Shown here: positions 58,412 to 64,000 of the stretch, in pieces
Layout of the letters: every line of letters starts with the position of its first letter
Numbering within the stretch: position 1 is the first letter of the stretch
NCBI GenBank assembly: GCA_023249635.1
Contig: JAHFCH010000002.1
Coordinates: 46,179 to 110,178 of the forward strand
Source of the DNA: Fibrobacterota bacterium
Lineage (GTDB): Bacteria; Fibrobacterota; Fibrobacteria; UBA11236
Direction of reading: 5' to 3'
Length of the DNA: 64,000 bases
Translations under genes and position numbers: made by a program
Notes under the pieces: model-generated
What the model was told of the DNA's origin: nothing
The model's input: the letters and a program-made list of their open reading frames with translations, nothing else
Database searches by the model: none

Positions 58412-61400
58412 TCAGCGCAGCGAGGCGCGAAATTCCAGGCGCGCGGTACGCGCCCGCAAGGCATGATCCGCCGCGGAGGACGGCTGGGCGTAGGCGCCCC
58501 GTGCTCCGAATGCCTGCCACAGGGTCCTTCCCCGCCAATCCACGATGCGAGCGAGCCCAGGGGCGGTCCACCGCAGCCCGCTCCCTTCGCGGTACAGGGG
58601 TCCGGCATGCAAAGCGCCGCGACGCAGGGAGACGCTGGCGCGCTCCACCGCCACGATTACCTTGGCGCAGGACTGCGAGCCGCCGTTGTCGGCGCATAGG
58701 GTCACTTCCAGGTTACCGTCTTCGCCCGGATCCTTGAGCACCAGGGAATCGGCCCCGATGGAGGTATCCGCGACATTGGGAGCGATGGACCAAAAGTAAC
58801 GCAGAGGATACCCCGGGAAGGCGGCCAGGGCGGCGGCATTCACGATCACGGGCCGGATGACGCGCGGCGCAAGGCCGTTCCAGGTAGCCTGGGCAGGCAG
58901 GGAGACTTTGGGATCGGGTATGGTATCCCGGACCCGGACGGTTACTTCCTTCGACTCCCAGGTCGCGCCGTAGCGCGCGCTGAATTGCAGAACCATGATG
59001 GAATCGCCTTTGACACGCGGGGCTGTGAAAACCAGCGTATCCTGCGAGGGATCGAGCAAGCGCGGCACGGGACCGGAGATGGGGGTCCAGGATACCTCTG
59101 AAGCGCAGCCGGCCTTGGCCCCCAGCGATACGGTTTCACCTTCCTTGACCGTCATATCGGCGGGGGGCGCGAACACGCTGTCGCAAGCCCGCACCGTGAG
59201 GTAGGCCATGCGCGTGGTGTCCTTTCCGTAGGCGTTGGAGACGATGGCGTAGTAGGCCGTACCCGATTGCCCTTCCTTGACCGTATCGAGCACCAGGGAA
59301 GTATCCGTAGAGAGCACGATGCTGTCTCCCTGCCGACGCCATTCGTAACTCAGCGTGGGCGTGCCTTGGGCCGCCAAGGAGAACGCCACCTTCCACCCGG
59401 GCTTCGCCAAGGCGTCGGTGGGTTCCCGCGTGATGCCGGGCGCGACGGGGGGTTGGTAGAAGGCCCAATTCTTGTTGCCCTTCTGATCGATACAGCCCTT
59501 ATTGGCCGTACCCGGCTGGCCCAGGCTCGCATCGCTGTTGGCGATATCGGCGGAGTCCGCGATGAGGGCCTTGCTGACCTTGAGAGTCCAGACCGTGGAG
59601 GGATTCAGTCCCAGATTCCCGGCCGCCGTGCCCGCGAAGCTGGCGTTACCCTCGACGGTCACGGTACGGCCGCCGAGGTTGAGCAGGGTTTGCGCGCCGC
59701 CCTTGGTCACGCTCAGATCGCCTTTGAGCGCCAGGTTGAAACCGTTGAAATCCAACGAACCCCCGCTCTGGCGTAAGGAGGTGGCAGCCAGCGGACCGCT
59801 CAGCATGATCGCTCCGGCCGCGTCATGCTCTACGGCATACAACGGCCCCTCGCTCACGTAAATGGTCTGCGCCGGTCCGGAAGTCCGGGTAAACCGGAAA
59901 GTGGATTTGTCCGCGCTGCCGTTTCCCCGCAGGGAAATGTTCACGTCGCCCTGGGAAGTCCAAATCCCATCGCCCATGTACAGCATCTGCCAGTTGGTGG
60001 CGGCCGCCTCCTGGATGAGGTTGCCACCGGATACGGTAACATTCGGGTTACGGGTGCGGAAATCCAGGAAGCCGTCGTATCCGCTCGGGGCTGTATGGTT
60101 GCGGAAGCTGAGCCCGTTGGATGCGGTGAGCGAACCCGGCCCTACGATAAGGGTCACGTCGTTCAAACCGGTGGCCCAGGTCCACAAGGTCAGCCGGGGA
60201 AAGGTTTTCCCGCCGGGATCGAAGTTGATGGGGGTTCCGCCGTTGCCCATCGCCTTGATGGTCACGAAGCCCAGGGGAGCGTTGAGGGCGGCCAGGCCGC
60301 TGAAATCAGCGTCGCCGGAAACGATCAGGCTGTCGTCGGCGCCCAGGCCTTCCAGGGTGCCGCCGGTCGAAGCCAAGCCGTTGACTTCGGCGCCGTTATT
60401 GTTCAGATCGAAGGTGCCGTTGTCGATGCGCAAGGAGGCGGCCAGCACCGGGCCGACCAGGGAAAGCTTTCCGGAACCCGTTTTGCGCAGGGCCGGCATG
60501 GCGTCGCCGGCGCGGGTCCATAGGGTATCCTGTCCCGAGCCCGTAAAGACCAAGGTTCCCGTACCCGGATTCACGCTTTGCATGCCCGGGATCAGACGCA
60601 GGCTTCCGGAAAGCGATAGGGAATAGGAATTGAAGGAAAGTTTTCCGCTATATCCGGTGAAGTCCAGGCTGTGCGCGGCGAAATCGCCAGCGAGTACCAC
60701 GTCCACATCGGCATTCGCGCCGCTGCCGTTGAAAGCATAGTCCAAGGCGGGATTGGAAATGTCCCCGCCCGCGCGGAAATCGTCGAAGGCGGCGGCCGTG
60801 GTTTTACGGGGGACTCCCGCGCTGTCTACGGCGGTCACGAACAATCCTATCTCGGAGTTCCCTCCCGCGGTGGTTCCCAGGGAGGTTTGCGGCGTTCCGA
60901 TGGCGGTCCAATCCAGCGTGGTGTCGGTACGGTAAAAGGCCCTGATCTGCGTGCCGTCCTTCGCCAGGCGCAACCAGATGGGGAGCGGCAAGGCTGTCGC
61001 GAACTGGGAGGTGGTGTGGTCGATGTTTCCGATAGGCTGCAGATCGCCCTGGTTCCATTCGAAGATGGCCCCGTTCTTGGGGGTTATCGCCACCAGGGCC
61101 ACGCCGCCCTGGGAATAATCGGAAAAGGAATTGGCCATGATGATGCCGGCCTTGGACCAATCATGGGCCGCGAACTGGGAATCCACGCGCACCGTCACAT
61201 CGAAGTTACCCTTGATATCGGCGCGCCTCACACCCGTCAGGAAATGCTTCTCCTTGCTGAAATCCTCGCCCTCTCCGGAAAGGATGAGTTTGCCGTTGAC
61301 CACGGCCAGCTTGCCCGTGCTGTCGATGCCGTCCTGATCGAGGAATTTCCAGGTGGTGAGGGTATCCAGCGCCGGCGCGGAAAAGCCTTCATCGCCCGCA

Positions 61401-61570
61401 CCGGCGGGCCGCCCGCCGATCCCGTTTTGGGTCGCGGACCAGTTGTACGATTTGGAGATGCCGCCGGCATTGCTCAGAGCGGGATCGCGGTTCCAGTAAT
61501 AGGTTTGCCCGAATGCGCATGCGGACCACGCCGTCACGGCCAGAAGAATACGTTTCAAAAACATTTTCAC
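58412..61570 (-). CDS. Large secreted ConA-like/beta-helix/Ig-repeat protein (1 Ig repeat)
   Basis: Signal peptide (AFG-QT); QTYYWN..KSYNWS, GNFDVTV, WSKAGI, PIWLRLAK, AFDDF; one Ig unit; shared C-module. Confidence 0.85.
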   Translation of the reverse strand: MKMFLKRILLAVTAWSACAFGQTYYWNRDPALSNAGGISKSYNWSATQNGIGGRPAGAGDEGFSAPALDTLTTWKFLDQDGIDSTGKLAVVNGKLILSGEGEDFSKEKHFLTGVRRADIKGNFDVTVRVDSQFAAHDWSKAGIIMANSFSDYSQGGVALVAITPKNGAIFEWNQGDLQPIGNIDHTTSQFATALPLPIWLRLAKDGTQIRAFYRTDTTLDWTAIGTPQTSLGTTAGGNSEIGLFVTAVDSAGVPRKTTAAAFDDFRAGGDISNPALDYAFNGSGANADVDVVLAGDFAAHSLDFTGYSGKLSFNSYSLSLSGSLRLIPGMQSVNPGTGTLVFTGSGQDTLWTRAGDAMPALRKTGSGKLSLVGPVLAASLRIDNGTFDLNNNGAEVNGLASTGGTLEGLGADDSLIVSGDADFSGLAALNAPLGFVTIKAMGNGGTPINFDPGGKTFPRLTLWTWATGLNDVTLIVGPGSLTASNGLSFRNHTAPSGYDGFLDFRTRNPNVTVSGGNLIQEAAATNWQMLYMGDGIWTSQGDVNISLRGNGSADKSTFRFTRTSGPAQTIYVSEGPLYAVEHDAAGAIMLSGPLAATSLRQSGGSLDFNGFNLALKGDLSVTKGGAQTLLNLGGRTVTVEGNASFAGTAAGNLGLNPSTVWTLKVSKALIADSADIANSDASLGQPGTANKGCIDQKGNKNWAFYQPPVAPGITREPTDALAKPGWKVAFSLAAQGTPTLSYEWRRQGDSIVLSTDTSLVLDTVKEGQSGTAYYAIVSNAYGKDTTRMAYLTVRACDSVFAPPADMTVKEGETVSLGAKAGCASEVSWTPISGPVPRLLDPSQDTLVFTAPRVKGDSIMVLQFSARYGATWESKEVTVRVRDTIPDPKVSLPAQATWNGLAPRVIRPVIVNAAALAAFPGYPLRYFWSIAPNVADTSIGADSLVLKDPGEDGNLEVTLCADNGGSQSCAKVIVAVERASVSLRRGALHAGPLYREGSGLRWTAPGLARIVDWRGRTLWQAFGARGAYAQPSSAADHALRARTARLEFRASLR

Positions 61571-61832
61571 CCGCTCCCAAGCAAAGACAACCCGTAGGGA
61601 GTCGGCATAGCGCCGAACCCTTGTTAACCCCCAAGATTATGTCCCCTCGAAAGAAATCGTCCGCAGCACAAAATAGGAACGTAGGGATGCGGCTTCCAAG
61701 GAAATCATGCCGCAATCGCGTGATAAATTCCCGGCCAGGAACGAATTGCATCAATATCCGCAAATATTTTTCCCTAACGGGTCGCCCCTGGATATTGGTA
61801 TTTGAAGCCGGGGCATGCCCCGAGGAGGTCAC

Positions 61833-62522
61833 ATGCGCGTCTTCACTAAATTCACTGGTTTCTGCCTTGCGGTCGCGGTCTTCGCCGGCTGCGCAAACAT
61901 GAACCGTGCCGGCAAAGGCGGCCTCATCGGCGCCGGAGCGGGTGGCGTGGTGGGCGGAATCATCGGCAAGGCTTCGGGCAATACGGCTGCGGGAGCGATT
62001 ATCGGAGCGGCCGTGGGCGGCACCGCGGGCGCGGCCATCGGCCATTATATGGACAGGCAGGCCGAGGAACTGCAACGCGATCTCAAGGATGCCAAGGTGG
62101 AGCGCGTGGGCGAGGGCATCAAGATCACCTTCAACTCGGGCATCCTCTTCGATGTGGACTCGGATAAGCTGCGGCCCCAGGCCACGGCCAATCTCCAGAA
62201 CCTGTCCAAGGTGCTGAACAAGTACGATGATACCGAGATCATGGTGCAGGGCCACACCGATAATACCGGTTCGGACGATCACAACCTCAAGCTCTCCGGG
62301 AGGCGCGCCGACTCCGTGGGCGATCTGCTCAAAAGCGATGGTGTGAAAAGCGGTCGTATCGCCGAGTCCGGCATGGGCGAAGAGCATCCCGTGGCCGATA
62401 ACGCCACCGCGGACGGACGCCAGGCCAACCGCCGCGTGGAAGTGGCCATCTGGGCCAACGACAAGCTCAAGTCCGCGGCCAAGGACGGAACCATCAAGAC
62501 CGCCGCCGTCAGCGAGGAATAA
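61833..62522 (+). CDS. OmpA-family lipoprotein with glycine zipper (YiaD-like)
   Basis: Lipobox FAGC; GA..G zipper, YMDRQ..EL, GILFD, GHTDNTG, LSGRRA, NRRVEV; RBS GAGGAGG. Confidence 0.94.
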   Translation: MRVFTKFTGFCLAVAVFAGCANMNRAGKGGLIGAGAGGVVGGIIGKASGNTAAGAIIGAAVGGTAGAAIGHYMDRQAEELQRDLKDAKVERVGEGIKITFNSGILFDVDSDKLRPQATANLQNLSKVLNKYDDTEIMVQGHTDNTGSDDHNLKLSGRRADSVGDLLKSDGVKSGRIAESGMGEEHPVADNATADGRQANRRVEVAIWANDKLKSAAKDGTIKTAAVSEE

Positions 62523-62531
62523 CCTGTCCAG

Positions 62532-62557
62532 GGCGTGGACGGAATACCGTCCACGCC
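62532..62557 (+). terminator. Strong hairpin after the OmpA gene
   Basis: GGCGTGGACGG-AATA-CCGTCCACGCC, a perfect 11-bp stem; no immediate U-tract; the arm CCGTCCACG recurs at 62568. Confidence 0.5.
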
Positions 62558-62633
62558 GGGCCTCGCCCCGTCCACGTATTTGCGTTTGACCTTTCCCTTC
62601 CCCTAAATCCCCCCGTTTTCGCGACTCCGGGCT

Positions 62634-62650
62634 TTGGCCCGGTTCTTGTT
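62634..62650 (+). promoter_or_regulatory. Putative sigma54 promoter
   Basis: TTGGCCCGGTTCTTGTT versus consensus TTGGCACGNNNNTTGCW; correct spacing, GT instead of GC at -12. Confidence 0.5.
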
Positions 62651-62693
62651 TTAGCCTCCCGTGGGCATATCACCCAACGAAAGGAGGTTCCTT

Positions 62694-63407
62694 ATGTCCT
62701 ATCCCTTAATCCCCCGCCCGTTCGCCGAGGGTCCCGCAGCGCAACCACGCTACGGTCTCGCGGCGTTGGGCCTATTGGCCGCAGGGCTTTTGGCCCTGCC
62801 CGGTAAGGCCCGAGCGGACGGCTACGGCCATGCCGAGATCACCCTAGGCTTCCCCCACGGCGCAGTCACCGTGGGCCGCACCTGGGAGGATCATCCCCGG
62901 CAAGTCGTGGTCGAGGAGGTAACGCACAAGTACCCGGAAGCGGATGACGAGGCCTCGTATGACGAGACCCGACCGGACGACGAGGCTTATGGCGAGGAGT
63001 CGGACGATCCCGACATCGTCATCGAGAAGCGCATCGTCCGACCGCATCCGCGGCAGGTGACCATCATCGAACGCTATGAGGAGCCGGCGGCCTGCGACCG
63101 CGTCCATGTGGTCCGCAAGGTCTACGTGGAACGTCCCTCCTGCGATCGGCAAGTGGTGGTCTATGGCCGTCCCGCGGTACGCGTGTACCACGCTTCCGGT
63201 CCCACCGTGATCGTCAATCCCGGCCGTACCGTTTACCACGGCGGCGGCTGGCACGGCGACGAACATGGCGGAAACCGCGGAGGATATTCCGGATCCCACA
63301 ACGTCGGGAACCAGGGTCCCCGGAACTTGTTTCCGGAAGACCAGGGACGCCCGATGCGGGCGCGCGGAGTGGGCCAGCATATGGTCCAGATCGGCGCGCA
63401 TCGTTAA
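62694..63407 (+). CDS. Hypothetical secreted low-complexity protein
   Basis: RBS AAGGAGG; signal peptide (ARA-DG); acidic patch, V/P/Y-rich repeats, Gly/His tail. Confidence 0.7.
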   Translation: MSYPLIPRPFAEGPAAQPRYGLAALGLLAAGLLALPGKARADGYGHAEITLGFPHGAVTVGRTWEDHPRQVVVEEVTHKYPEADDEASYDETRPDDEAYGEESDDPDIVIEKRIVRPHPRQVTIIERYEEPAACDRVHVVRKVYVERPSCDRQVVVYGRPAVRVYHASGPTVIVNPGRTVYHGGGWHGDEHGGNRGGYSGSHNVGNQGPRNLFPEDQGRPMRARGVGQHMVQIGAHR

Positions 63408-63502
63408 ACCCCTGGGGCGGGCCTCCGGCCGCGGAAGCCCGCCCCTTCCCTTGTATCAATGCGATGGCGGCGGGCGTACACAACCGGGAAAGGATGGATA
63501 AG

Positions 63503-64000
63503 ATGGAACAGATGAAAATGACAGGCGCCTCGTTGGCCTTGGCCGCGATGCTGGTGGCTTCCGCGACGGGATCGGCGGGGGCGGAAGTAAGCGGCGAACT
63601 GGTTTCCCTGGGCAGGAAGACGGGCGTAGGCGCGCGGGCCATAGGCCTGGGCGAGGCCTTCACGGCCGTGGCCGATGATTATTCGGCGCTCTACTATAAC
63701 GCCGCGGGCATGACCCAGTTGAGCCGCTCCGAACTGGGCGTGAACGTCAGCTATGGCCTGCAGCAGAACAACGCCGCCCTCAATGGGGCCGAGGCGAATC
63801 AAAGGACCCTGGAAGCCACGCGGCTCAATGCCCTCAACCTGGTGCTTACCGATGGGGGGCGCTGGGCCTTGGGACTGGGCTATTACGTTCCCGTCTCCTT
63901 CGATGACCCGCTCTCGTATCGCGATGCCTCCGGCCGCGAGTATGCCTATGATGCCGAGGGCCAAATGGATCATTACCGCATGGGCCTGGCCTACATGGTA
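63503..64000 (+). CDS. FadL/PorV-like outer-membrane protein, truncated by the window end
   Basis: Hand translation (absent from the ORF track): signal peptide, then GVGARAIGLGEAFTAVADDYSALYYNAAG. Confidence 0.8.
   Translation, partial: MEQMKMTGASLALAAMLVASATGSAGAEVSGELVSLGRKTGVGARAIGLGEAFTAVADDYSALYYNAAGMTQLSRSELGVNVSYGLQQNNAALNGAEANQRTLEATRLNALNLVLTDGGRWALGLGYYVPVSFDDPLSYRDASGREYAYDAEGQMDHYRMGLAYMV

Noticed and set aside
1-64000. Many long overlapping ORFs (e.g. 4988..6586 -, 38121..40652 +, 50021..51565 +, N-terminal parts of 9744..11744 and 32644..34299)
   Set aside because: Antisense or frame-shifted shadows of motif-bearing genes, expected at high GC; no recognisable motifs.

Overview
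A GC-rich, gene-dense bacterial window, most likely from an environmental Fibrobacterota genome. That assignment is inferred from three fibro-slime-domain proteins, a TIGR02147-like protein and FlgD/T9SS-like C-terminal tails. No rRNA, tRNA, CRISPR array, transposase or phage gene was seen. Housekeeping-type genes include a CysQ/IMPase, a cyclophilin-FKBP PPIase, folE2, rlmD, hrpB, motAB, an OmpA lipoprotein and several two-component proteins. A cobalamin riboswitch precedes a BtuB-like receptor and a beta-propeller lipoprotein, with cbiZ-cbiB nearby. The most unusual content is surface biology. (1) A four-gene minor-pilin operon whose PilX-like subunit carries PA14 and fibro-slime domains, bracketed by three paralogous secreted esterases. 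(2) Four secreted proteins sharing a C-terminal module I cannot name, with lectin-like heads on stalks of 0, 1, 3 or 6 Ig repeats. (3) Several classes of putative C-terminal sorting tails. Non-coding signals include a two-copy heptamer-built palindromic repeat, an identical 21-nt leader before two unrelated genes, a c-di-GMP-I-like leader structure and apparently leaderless genes. All family calls come from motif recognition by eye, not database searches. Starts were often trimmed from the ORF track using RBS or signal-peptide logic.
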